Assembly: GCA_965240325.2 (NCBI GenBank)
Contig: OZ251225.1
Span: 2,046,001-2,110,000, forward strand
Source: Rebecca billardiae RCC1528
Lineage: Eukaryota > Protista > Haptophyta
Length of the DNA stretch: 64,000 nt
Reading direction: 5' to 3'
The notes below the pieces were generated by a model. That model saw nothing but the letters and a program-made list of their open reading frames with translations. It was not told where the DNA came from and made no database searches. Of this stretch, positions 10,536-21,285 are shown piece by piece. Numbering within the stretch: position 1 is the first letter of the stretch; each line of letters opens with the position of its first letter. The translations under genes and the position numbers were made by a program.

Positions 10536-13529
10536 ATGGCGTCGTCCGATGGCTGGCGTGACTTGGAGCCGGCTGCATGGGTGGCCGCGCGCGGCGAGCC
10601 CACGCACCGGCTCGCGTCCGCGCACTTCGTAGTCAAGTGGGGCCCCCGCGCAAACGACGAGCCGCTGCACCAGCGCGCCGAGCGCGCGCTCGGCGTGCTC
10701 GAGCGCGCGTTCGCGCGCTTCTGCACGGCTGGCGAGCCCGATTTTTTTGTCGAGCTGCCGCGCCCGTACAAGATGAACGTGTACGTGGGGGGCACGGGGC
10801 TGGTGCACCCTGGCGACCCGACGTACGCGCACCAGGGCGCAACGCCCGACGAGCCGCTGCCCGGCGTGCGCAAGCAGCCCGTGCTCTGCGTGTCGGCCAT
10901 TGCGCTCGGTGACGCGTGCGCGCTCGTCCACGAGTTCATGCACTGCCTGCAGTTTGTGAGCGGCGGGTTCCGCGACTCAGCGCACGTGGGCTTCTTGTGG
11001 GAGGCGCACGCCGAGTACCTCGTCCACCGCTTCGACCCGCTCTCGCCTCAGCAGCAGTGGACCCACCACCTCGACCACTTCCTGCGCACGAGCAACGCCC
11101 CGATCGACATGACGCGCGCGACCGAGCGCGGCGGGCCGAGCGGTCGGCAGTACTGCGTGTGGCCGTTCCTCGCGTGGCTGGACAAGCTGTGCACGGGCTC
11201 GGCGAACGCCCTGTGGCACGCCGACGCCGCGCACCGCGCCGCGCACGGCGCCTCGCGCCCGCCGCTCGCGACCGCGCTCGCCGCTGTCCCCGAGCTTGGC
11301 GAGCGTGGGCTGCCGGCGGCCATGGCTGAGTATGCCGCGGACTGCGCGACGGCGGATTGGTTCGCGGACGCGCGCGTGGGTCGCGCGGTGCTCGGCAAGG
11401 GCGGCGCGCAGCGCGCGGCGTGCGACGTGCTCAGCCCTCGCCGCCTCGCCCGGCTCGCCCGCGCGCCGCTCGACGCCCCCGCCACGCTCGCGCGCTGGGC
11501 GGTGGATGCGGAGGAGGCACCGCCGGCCCCCGCCGGCCCCGCCGGCGCCACGGCGCGGCCGACGGCGCCGGCTGGCTTGTCGGGCTGGAGCGCGCTGTAC
11601 GCGAACGACGACGAGGAGATGCCGCTCAAGCCGAACGGCGTGTGCGTGCACCGCCTCGTCATGCGCGCGTCCGCGTCCGAGCCGCCGCGCGCGCGGCTGG
11701 TGGTGCCGCGCGCGTGCGCACGGCCGATGGTGTACTCGCTCACGGCGGTTTGGCTCGACACGGCGTCGGCCGAGCGGCACCGGTGCGGCACGGTGCACGC
11801 GCGGAGCGGCGGCGGCGGCGGGCGCGACGCCGAGGGGCTCGACGGCGTGGGCGGCGCGGTGCACACGCTCACACTTCGACTGCCGCCCGCCGCCGCGGCC
11901 GCGCCCGAGCGCTGCGCCCTGCTGCTGGCGGTGACAGCCACCCCGTGCGCCGATCCCGTCTCCGCTCTGGCCTGGGATGTGTCGCCCGAGTCCGTCCCCA
12001 CGTGTCCGTATGCGCTCGCGCTCTCGGCCGCGTGCGCCGTGCACGCCGACTGCGAGCGCGGCGGCACGCCCGAGCGGCCGGCGGTGCGGCTGAGCGCGCC
12101 GCGCGCGTGGCCGGCCGCGCGGGGCCTGGTTCCCCTTCTGGAGCTGGCTTCGCGCGGCCTCCTCGTCTCGACTGCAGCCGCCCCGCGCGACGACGGGCCG
12201 GCGCGCGCCGGGCTCGACGGCGCGGCGCCGGCCGACGGCGGCCCGGAGACGTGGCTGGTGCGCGTGGGCACCGGGCGGCCGCAGCTCCAGCCGGTCGCGC
12301 ATCGGCTGGGCGGTGCGAGCTGGACGGCGCGAGACCTGCGCTCGGGCGCGCCGCGCGAGGTGAACGACGTTCTCATCGGCTCCCCTCTGCACTGCCCAGG
12401 CCACGAGATCGTCGGCGTGCAGTTTGCGTATCGGTACGTGGTCGGGTACGGCGGCGGCGAGCCAGGCGCACACGGCGGCCCGTCCTTTAGCCTGCTCGCC
12501 CGCGCTGCGGCGGGCGCGGACGACGGCGGCGGCGGCACGGCGGCCGCGGCGGCCGCGCCCCCGGTGGTGCTCTATGACTCCGGAGCGCACGACTGGGCGG
12601 CGGCGCCGTTCGATGCCAAGTGCGGCGGGCACCCGACGAACTACAGCGCGCCGGTGCGCGCGCGCGCGCTGAGCGGCGCGCGCGCGCCCCTGGACACGCC
12701 CATGCAGCTCCTGCTGCGCTTCAGCAACGGGCGGCGCAACCTGCACCTGCAGGGCGCGCGCTGGGCGGCGGACGGCGACTTTGCAGCCGACCTGGAGCTG
12801 AGCCTCACGCTCGCGCGCGCGCTCCCGGGCGAGAGGTGGTGGGTGCGCGTGCCGACGGGCCTCGGCTCGGTGGAGCCGCGCGCGCCTGCCAGCCTCACGC
12901 GCCGCGACGTGCGCTCCGGAGCGCCGGGCCAGATGTCGTATGTGCGGCTCGCGGCACTGCCGCGCATGCCGGCCGTCGTCTGCGTCGGCGCGCGGATGTG
13001 CTACAGTTACGTGTGCGGCTACTCCGACCGGCGCGCCGGCCGCGCGCCCTCGTTCCAGCTGCTGGCGCGCCGGCTGGGCGCGCAGCCCGACGTCACGCTA
13101 GCCGAGCCGTGCTGTGAGGGCGTGTGCGCGGGGCGCCGGCACGCCGCTCCGAGCGGCGGCGGCCGCGGCGGCAGCGGCGCTGAAGCGCCCGAGGTGTCGG
13201 CTGAGACCACGCTCTACGAGAGCCCGCCCCTCGACGTCGGGCGGTACAGCTACGACCGCGCGCTCGGCGGGCACGAGACGAACTACTCGCCTCCGATCGA
13301 CGTGCGCGTCGGTGACGTCGGCGATGGCGATGGGGCGCAGGGCGGCGGCGCGCTGAGCGTGGCCCTCGACGCCGGGCTCGAGCTGTGGCTGCGCTTCGAG
13401 AACGGCGACAACAACGTGCACCTGCAGGGCGGCGCGTGGCGGCGCGCGGACGGCTCAGACCCGGCGCTCGCAGCCGAGTTTGGGCTGAGCTTGCGCGTGG
13501 AGCGCATCACTACGACTGCGCCTGATTGA
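10536..13529 (+). CDS. HExxH zinc-metallopeptidase-like protein (DUF6055-like N-domain) with duplicated C-terminal domain
   Basis: Intronless ORF of about 997 aa with strong GC3 bias. LVHEFMHCLQ...FLWEAHAEY gives HExxH plus a downstream E. SAHFVVKWG and YKMNVYV are also present. Two tandem copies of a C-terminal unit start near 12250 and 12835. Confidence 0.75.
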   Translation: MASSDGWRDLEPAAWVAARGEPTHRLASAHFVVKWGPRANDEPLHQRAERALGVLERAFARFCTAGEPDFFVELPRPYKMNVYVGGTGLVHPGDPTYAHQGATPDEPLPGVRKQPVLCVSAIALGDACALVHEFMHCLQFVSGGFRDSAHVGFLWEAHAEYLVHRFDPLSPQQQWTHHLDHFLRTSNAPIDMTRATERGGPSGRQYCVWPFLAWLDKLCTGSANALWHADAAHRAAHGASRPPLATALAAVPELGERGLPAAMAEYAADCATADWFADARVGRAVLGKGGAQRAACDVLSPRRLARLARAPLDAPATLARWAVDAEEAPPAPAGPAGATARPTAPAGLSGWSALYANDDEEMPLKPNGVCVHRLVMRASASEPPRARLVVPRACARPMVYSLTAVWLDTASAERHRCGTVHARSGGGGGRDAEGLDGVGGAVHTLTLRLPPAAAAAPERCALLLAVTATPCADPVSALAWDVSPESVPTCPYALALSAACAVHADCERGGTPERPAVRLSAPRAWPAARGLVPLLELASRGLLVSTAAAPRDDGPARAGLDGAAPADGGPETWLVRVGTGRPQLQPVAHRLGGASWTARDLRSGAPREVNDVLIGSPLHCPGHEIVGVQFAYRYVVGYGGGEPGAHGGPSFSLLARAAAGADDGGGGTAAAAAAPPVVLYDSGAHDWAAAPFDAKCGGHPTNYSAPVRARALSGARAPLDTPMQLLLRFSNGRRNLHLQGARWAADGDFAADLELSLTLARALPGERWWVRVPTGLGSVEPRAPASLTRRDVRSGAPGQMSYVRLAALPRMPAVVCVGARMCYSYVCGYSDRRAGRAPSFQLLARRLGAQPDVTLAEPCCEGVCAGRRHAAPSGGGRGGSGAEAPEVSAETTLYESPPLDVGRYSYDRALGGHETNYSPPIDVRVGDVGDGDGAQGGGALSVALDAGLELWLRFENGDNNVHLQGGAWRRADGSDPALAAEFGLSLRVERITTTAPD

Positions 13530-13668
13530 TGATGGCGCTGCTGATGTGAGATGTCGATGATCCGATGGCCGATATGCGCGCGCGCGCGCGTATGATCGGC
13601 TACGCCGATCTTCGGGTAGTAAACAACGAAGTTGAGGGCGCACGGCCCTGGTAGTTCCCTCGCGTTCT

Positions 13669-14427
13669 TCACCGAATCACGATGCGCGCGCCCGGCGCGT
13701 TGCCGTGCAGGAGGCGCGGCCGGCGCGGGCGCGAGTAATCGACGCGATCGACGGACTCGGGGGGCTGCGCCGTGTCGAACTCGACGCGCAGCAGCCGCAG
13801 CGCCTCCGCCCGGTGCGCTTCGGGCAGCCCTGCTGTGGCCGCGCGCAGCGCAGAGATCGCGCTCGGCAGCTCGCCCGTCTCAGCCTCGCACAGCCTCGCG
13901 CGCTCGGCGGGATCGGCGCAGCGTCGGATGAATGAGCTCGCAGCTCTGAGCTCGCAGCTCGTCGGCCGGTCGGCGGCGGGAAAGAGCGTCGCGAGCAGCC
14001 GCGGCTCGAGCCTGTCTACGACCTCCCGCAGCCGCAGCACCCGCTCCTTGCACGCCCTCGGCGTCTTCCCCTCGAATGCGGGCACAATGAGCTCCCCACG
14101 GCACGTGACACCCTGGATTGCGACCTTTGTGCGCGTCGGCGCCGCCGCGGGTGCTGTCGGCCGACGGCCTGGAGAGCGAGGGCGACTGCGAGCACGGGCG
14201 AGAGAGGAGCACGGCGTCGCCCGTAGCATATGCCACCTCGCCATCGTCGCGGACTCGCCGCTCGCAGATCTAAGCCCAGCCTCGTCGCGAGCAAAACAGA
14301 TGTCCGCGCTCGGCCTCGAGCTGCGAGGACTGGCGCCCAGCCTCGTCGCCCGCAGATCTGCGCGCGCTGCTTGCCGCGCCGTCATGCGCAGCCAGAGAGA
14401 GAGAGGCTCACGGTCAGCACTCCGCAC
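13669..14427 (-). other. Hypothetical coding fragment inside Helentron-like copy A
   Basis: GC-rich ORF with protein-like sequence (GELIVPAFEGKTPRACKERVLRLREVVDRLEP); no recognisable domain. Confidence 0.3.
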
Positions 14428-14836
14428 GCGGAGCCATCACAGCGCGGCCATGGTCATGGACGGCGCGAGCGTGAGAGCTTGGGCGAGCGACTTCCCGCGA
14501 ACATGCCGAGAGTTCAGCTGCGCGGGCGTGCGGCGTGGCGCGCGCGGGCGCGCGCGCATGGCAGGGCGGGGCGCGCGGAGTGAGCGAGGCACGAATGCGA
14601 TGGCGACGGCCGTTGGGACCCGCCGCGCAGCTGCGCGCACCAGCGCTGAGTCTTGTCGGATTGAAGATCGTGCCTGCGTCACGCATTGCCCGCCTCCTCA
14701 GAGGCTTTGCTCGAGCCCGCTCGTTCGTGTGGCAGGGCTTTTGTATCATCGCGCGAAGCCTGTTACGATGAGCAGTATTAATCGACGGGAGATAACTATA
14801 GTAATCAGAAAGGATACGGTTATGAATCGCGCGCGG

Positions 14837-14934
14837 GAGATATATCATTGACGCGGGTAGCCCGAAGGGAACGCCTTCGCCCGCCGAGTTCCGAAGCCTT
14901 CGGGCTACCCGCGTCATGATCAATGATATATCTC
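14837..14934. repeat. Long near-perfect hairpin
   Basis: gagatatatcattgacgcgggtagcccgaagg (14837-14868) pairs with ccttcgggctacccgcgtca...tcaatgatatatctc (14897-14934). Confidence 0.85.
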
Positions 14935-15550
14935 GTCGCCCGCGAGGGTTCGTGCGAAACGATGCGGATCGCGTGCCCTAGAACATCGCGCCAACCTGAT
15001 GATATCCGCCACTGAGAAGCGACGGTTCATGACTTCAGATGCCGGCAATACTTTACTTCAAGCGACATAAAAGCCGACCGAACCTCTCTTTTCGATGGTT
15101 GGCGAGCTGTTTCAGGCTCTTACAACTCAAGCATCTTACTATGACGGAATGTTCGAACACACGGCTGGTGTTATGTGCTATTCCACCCTGCATTCCCCTA
15201 AGTGTTACTATCGTTAAAATTAGCATCCACTACAAACGCAATCATTGGCAGCGAAATGCGTCAACTAGGGGTTCGGTCACATCTGAATCAACCTACAAAA
15301 ATCCCCAAAATCCTGCGCGCATCCTCTTTTTGATTTTGCGGAGCACGTGCGCCGCCCCCCCCCCCCCGGCTTTCGCTCACGCTCAGACCTTTCGGGGGGG
15401 GGGGCCGTGCGCCATAATAGTCTCTATGTATGATCAGACGATCGTCGTCGACGAGGTGTCATCGTCATCGTCATATATCATCATATCGCGCGCGCGCATC
15501 GCGTGTATATGTATATGTATATATGTATATATATATGTATAACGTCTTAA

Positions 15551-16897
15551 CCCCTATTGTGGAACGATTTTCGGGTTTATTCCGCCCCTAGGGCGAGGTA
15601 GTGCGGCTCGGCGAGCGATCTTAAGGTGTCAGGTGCTGGCCATGGGTCCTACCGAAGGGACCATACACCCCTGAGGGTGCGCAACTCGGAACTCGCCCGC
15701 GCGCGCGCGCGCGCGCGCGCGCGCCCGCGGGGTGCGTCGACGGGTCGACTGACCCCTATTGTGGAACGATTTTGGTTCCTCGCTCAGGACGGTGCCACTG
15801 CTGGCTCCTGAGCGTTCGCAGTCGGCCCACTGGCGCTCGCCGGCGCGCTGGTGGTGTGGGCACCCGCCCTCGACCCCGCAGCCGCCGGGGGGCACGTCTT
15901 GCCCGCGCGAACCCTCTCCACGATGAGTGGCGGTCGACGAGTGTGTCCGTCATCGACGCTCGCTCGCCTTCGCGTGGCGCCTGAGCCGCCGCCGACACCA
16001 CCGCTTCCAGGGCATGCTGGAGAGCGTCGAGAAGGGCGCGCCGCTACGCAGGAAGAGAAGCGCCGCATCGATGCAGACCTGCCGCGTGGTCGGCGCGAAG
16101 CCGAGTAGCGCTATCTCCACGACCTGGTCGGTGTGCATCTGCTCGACCGTCACAGCCGCTCAGCCGCGACTTCAGCCCCAGCGGCCTCGACGGGCTGGTC
16201 GGGTCCTTCACCATCCGACAGAGCGTGGCCCGTTGTCACGGCATATGAGCCGAAGTCGGCGACAGCTGTGCCCTCACGCCAGCTCCCCGCTCGACACACA
16301 GTCCCTGATGGCTGCATCCGGCGGGTCGTAGTCCACTCGCGCCCAGCCGCTTCGCGCGGCGCGGCTCTCGCGCGGTCGGCAGGCGATGAAGCTGCTTTGC
16401 GGGGTTGGGCGTCGCCTGACGGTCCGGCACCTTCGGCTACGCGTTCATCATCGCCACCAGTCAGCTCGCGCCGCCGCACCGCCCCCCGCCGCGGCGGGGC
16501 GTCCTCGACCCTCCAACCCAGGAATCAGCCATGCTGACCTGACCCATTCGTGTCACTCGAACGAGTGCGGCAGCGGCAAGCCGGCTTGATTCCCTGCCCG
16601 GGCTGCTTTCGGGGAGCTCCCAAAAATACCGTGCGCGCCCTCCCAGCCGAAGCTCCGGCCTACAGGAGCCGAAAACCATTTTTTCACACCAGATTCTCAG
16701 CTCTGACTCCAGCAAACGATCGGCAGCGGACGGCGCTGGGGTGGGGCTATGGCGACGTTCTTGGGCTCGTTGGACGCGCCTTGGCCAGGCGCACACGGCG
16801 GTAGCCGCCGATCTCATCGCCTCCGCGACATCCGAGCTCTACATAGGAAAAACTGGCGCGCCGTTCCACAATAGGGGTCCGTTCCACAATAGGCGGG
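15551..16897. mobile_element. Non-autonomous piggyBac-like element
   Basis: TTAA|CCC...GGG|TTAA with TSDs at 15547-15550 and 16898-16901. The motif cctattgtggaacg occurs twice at the left end (about 15553 and 15755) and twice inverted at the right end (16862-16893). No transposase ORF. Confidence 0.8.
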
Positions 16898-16909
16898 TTA
16901 AGACTATAA

Positions 16910-17793
16910 TGTGGCGAATCAAGGCCTATATGGCCGGCCATGACCGATGATATTGGCCGCTAGGCGGCCATGGCCGATGGAAAGCGGCCAACCAGCCATC
17001 ACTGGCCGATGGGTATTGGCCGATGGCGGTCCGGCGGCCGGACCGCCGGAGGCCGCGCCGGACGGCACTCGCACTGCCACGGCGCCGGCGCGTGGCCTCG
17101 CGGCGCGTGCGCACGCCGCCACGCGGGCTGCAGCACTGTCCGACTCTGCACGGTCGTAGTCCGAGAGGGCGGCCCCGGGGCTCGGCCGAGCCCCAGTGGC
17201 GGTCTCTGACCGAGCGTGGCAGGTGGGTCGTGTGTGTGTGTGTTAATCTGATATAAGATATTCAGACTACTACGGCATGTCTATTGTAGCTATCTGCGCG
17301 CCGGCCCGGCGAGTGAAGGACGCGAGGTGCAGGCGGCGAGCCCGGTGAGACTCCGAGGGCGAGTCAGCGGCCGCACCCGCGCCCGCGACCCCTACTTCTG
17401 CCACGGCTGGCGCTTGCACTGCCAGCAGCGCCGTCGTCTGCCGACGCGGCGACTGCGGCAGCCTCGCGGCGAGCGGACGAGCTGTGGCTGCCGCAGCACA
17501 GTAGTCGGCTGCAAGCACCTTCTGCGACGAGATCATGCCCATACAGAGTCGACGAGCCGACCTCGTTGGGGTCGACCATACGACGTTGACTTTCTGCCCG
17601 ACGAGTGGTGAATAATATTGCGCCAAAAATTAAAAAAGAAAATAAATTATGAATATGTAATGAATACAGCGCATCGTCATCCTTATTTATTCATTTATCC
17701 GTCGTAGTCGGCCACTGGCCGATGAACGGGCGAAAGTGGGCATCTCGTGGCCGACGGGTTGGCCGACGCCCGTCGAGGCTTGATTCGCACACA
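16910..17793. mobile_element. Putative small TIR element
   Basis: Imperfect inverted ends tgtggcgaatcaaggcct and aggcttgattcgcacaca, with many subterminal tggccga motifs at both ends. No clear TSD. Confidence 0.4.
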
Positions 17794-17974
17794 GGCCGTT
17801 AAGACGCTATGTATATGACCGCGTTCCGCGGTCCTTTTTCCGTAGAACGAACGTAGTTCGGGGCCCGCGGTGGCGGTGCACCCTCCGTCGCGCAGTCGTC
17901 TATTGAGTATTGTCCTTGACAGACCTGAGTTGGCAAGCAGTTGGCAGTTGCCGCGATGCCCGAGTACAACTACT

Positions 17975-18089
17975 GTAACGAATTTTTCCGGCGGCGCTAC
18001 CATCGGCGACGGCTTCATGGGCGGTGACAGTTTGCGGGCGTCAATCTCGCCTGCCTGAGCTGTGTGCGTCTCTTATTCTTAGTAAACTG
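17975..18089. mobile_element. Terminus of dispersed repeat with a Tc1/mariner-like end (...TAGTAAACTG|TA)
   Basis: Same sequence occurs inverted at 32078-32093 plus 35309-35410 (split by the Copia element), and partially at about 25803 and 29635-29681. The end reads TA|CAGT on the other strand. Confidence 0.5.
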
Positions 18090-19789
18090 TAGTAGACTCC
18101 AGCGGCGCGCCGCCGCCTCGGCCGCGCCGGGCGGGCCCAGTCGCAGCCGCCGCCGCCGCGGCGCCGATATTGTGTACAGGCGGATGCGACGAGGCGTGAT
18201 CGACGCATGAGCGCGACTCCACATGCACGCCAGGCCACGCGGAGCTGACAGCCAGGGAGCACGGTGCGGGGCCGCGGATTCGTTCGGGACGCTGCGCCTG
18301 CTGCTGACCGCGCTGTCCGGTCACCGCGCGCCCGCAGCGGCCACGGGATAGATGATTTGCACTGGTCCGAGTAGGGTTCGACCAGCGCCTGCGCGACAGC
18401 CGACAGGCGGGCGCGAGGCGTGATCGACGCATGAGCGCAACTCTACGTGCACGCCAGGCCACGCGGAGCTGACAGCCAGGGAGCACGGTGCCGCGGTGCG
18501 AGGCGAGGCCGCGGATTCGAGCCGAGCAGCCACAGCACCGGTGCCTTCGCGCGCGCCGCGCGTGGACCGGGTGACACACCTCGGTCAGGCTCGGCACGCG
18601 TCGCAGAGGCACGGCCAGCTCTGGGAGCGTCGCGCACCACCGTCGCCCGCGCTGCTCGTCCTCCTATGTCCGTCCGTCCAGCGCTAGACAGACTTGCCGG
18701 CGCGGGCTGATGACCCAGCCATTTCAACTTTCATGCAAGCATGCCGCTCTGCGCATCGATGGGACACGCGTGCGGAGGCGCGTGGCGGCGCACTCGAGGT
18801 GAGCAGGGCGCGATGGGAAGACTGACGTCCGCGGGACCCCGCCACCACTGCCCGCTGCCCAGGCGCGGTGTGTCACGGCAGCGTACAGACAGTACCGACT
18901 ACCGTCGCCTGCTCGGTTAGTCCGTCTTCCGTGGGAGACCCCGGGAAGGCATGACGAGGGGGGCGCGTGGTGAAGTCGGAGACTCAGATGTCGATCAGTC
19001 CGCCATCAGGCGCCGCTGCCCCCGTGCTTGCGAGAGCCCGAAAGGGCGGCTCGGGCCTGCCGCGGCCGGTCGCGGGCGGCACGCGCGGTGCACGATTCCG
19101 CGCGCAGGCATCGATGATCGATCGATAGGGCAGAGGGGGCGCGCGGAGTTCAGATTCAGCGGGGCACGAACGCGATGTCGACGGCCGTCGGGGCCCACCA
19201 CAGCCGCGCGCTCCAGACGCCACTCGCCGCGCGCACCTCGTGACTGGCGTGAGCGGGCGACTGGCGGGCGAGTTCGGCCTCGTCCCTCGGGCGGGCTCGT
19301 GGCAACTTCGTCGCCCGCCGCGCCGCGGCCGCCTCAGGGCGATATAATAATACAAACGGGTGACACGCGCGCCTGAATGTCGATGATTCTCGATAGAATC
19401 CCGTAGCAGTCCATGAACCATAATGGATACGAAGCGCTGTAAATGTTCTCCCCAGCGAATATACGACCCCGCGACGAAGATTTTGCCGCTAACGATGTGT
19501 AAAAATAGCCTCAAAGAAGCTGACGCTTGTATTGGACTTGTAACCGTCCTACTTCACACTCACGCCCGGCCGTCCACGATTGATTAGGGGAATTTCGTGG
19601 GCGCGGTCATTTCGACCGGGATAGACCTCTCTATGCGATCTCAAAACTCGAAATTCGGTCTCCGCCAGCCCTAAAAAATCGGCCCCCGTCCCTTTTTCTT
19701 GCTGATCAAAGACAAAGATCTTTTTGAAACGTGGTTCGGGCCCGCACTGCGGGCTCCACGCTGCGCGCTCCGCCCTGCACCGCGGGCCA

Positions 19790-21285
19790 TGATGTTTATT
19801 CCGCCTTACCAGTTCCCCGGTCACGCAGGGGCTTATGACAGTGTCCCTGCGGACGTCGTCAGCAGCGCCGTCCGTGCGGACGAGCGGGCGGTGCGGGAGT
19901 CGTCCCACACAGGTGCAAAAGCGCTCGGCCCCTAATCCTATAGTAAGGTTCGGGGGAGCTCCCGGACTGCAGTCTGAAAACGGACGTGACAACTTTTGTT
20001 GGCCGCTGTGGCCGCATGGCGGCCGGCCGCCCGCCGCCCACCGCCAACAAAAGTGCGTGCGCGGGCGTGGTGGACACGCACGTGTCGATGGTGTAGGCCT
20101 GGCAGGTCGGCATGTGCCATGGTCGATCCCCAGGTGAGTTTAAGCCCCCATCCCCGGCGCCTGAGGCACCACACAGGCTGGCGATGACAGACGTCGTGCT
20201 CAACACGGTGGCTGTGCACGCCGCCGGTACGGCGGGGTGGTGCACATGAAGAGAGAGCCTAGAAAGGGGTGCCCTGCGTTCCCACAGACCTAGTCTCCAC
20301 TGCCGTCGCCCGGCGCGCGGGTCGGGTGTCCCAGTACGCTTGGAAGCGTCCCAAATGTCCCTTCTTCCACTATACCACGAGACACTTGCTTTTCAAACGA
20401 AATGTACGCAACTGCGCGTTTTGTATCGGGCAGGTGGCAATGGTCCAGAGCTATGGCGCGCGCTGAAGTCCAGGGCGCAAATGGCCGTCAAGGCGCCGGT
20501 TGAGGTGTCGGGGTGACCACGCAGGACACACCAGACCTAACGGCCTCTCTCTCTGGAGACTTCCCGGCTGAACGCCTCGCTGAGGGTACACGCCCACGGC
20601 CTGTGTGTCGTATGGTGAGCATTCGTTGCCATCCGCCAACAAAGAGCGCTTCATAGGCCGCCCATTCTTATGACACGCGCGCCGGGCGACGGCAGTGGAG
20701 ACTAGGTCTGTGGGAACGCAGGGCACCCCTTTCTAGGCTCTCTCTTCATGCGCACCACCCCGCCGTACCGGGGCGTGCACAGCCACCCGTGCTGAGCACG
20801 ACATCTGTCATCGCCAGCCTGTGTGGTGCCTCAGGCGCCGGGGATGGGGGCTTAAACGCGCCCGGGGATCGACCATGGCACATGCCGACCTGCCAGGCCT
20901 ACACCATCGACACGTGCGTGTCCACCACGCCCGCGCACGCACTTTTGTTGGCGGTGGGCGGCGGGCGGCCGGCCGCCATGCGGCCACAGCGTGCCAACAA
21001 AAGTTGACGGGGCAGCTCCCGGACTTGGCCCCCGAACCTTACTATTGCTTTCGCCGCTGTCCGCAGGCGAACGCAAGCCGCCGGGTACGTATGTCCGTTT
21101 TCCCCCGGCGCTATTGGTCTAACGACCTATCAGTTTACTGGTGCCGTCGTTTGCTTTTGCACCTGTGTGGGACGACTCCCGCACCGCCCGCTCGTCCGCA
21201 CGGACGGCGCTGCTGACGACGTCCGCAGGGACACTGTCATAAGCCCCTGCGTGACCGGGGAACTGGTAAGGCGGAATAAACATCA
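19790..21285. repeat. Fold-back inverted duplication whose outer ends are Copia LTR 3' ends
   Basis: 19790-~20318 is the reverse complement of ~20676-21285, with a diverged middle section and a spacer of about 355 bp. The outer ~105 bp match the LTR end of the element at 32094/35018. Confidence 0.85.

Larger units (their letters stand above)
13591..15415 (-). mobile_element. Non-autonomous Helentron/Helitron2-like element, copy A
   Basis: Asymmetric 12-bp subterminal inverted repeats (ggcgcacggccc near 13636, gggccgtgcgcc at 15402-15413). Terminal hairpin gatcggc-tac-gccgatc at 13594-13610. Both ends are shared with 25838-29606. No TSD seen. Confidence 0.6.

Noticed and set aside
14950-15010. 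Hammerhead-like gaaac...ctgatga
   Set aside because: There is no NUH cleavage triplet after the putative stem III and no convincing stems I or II.
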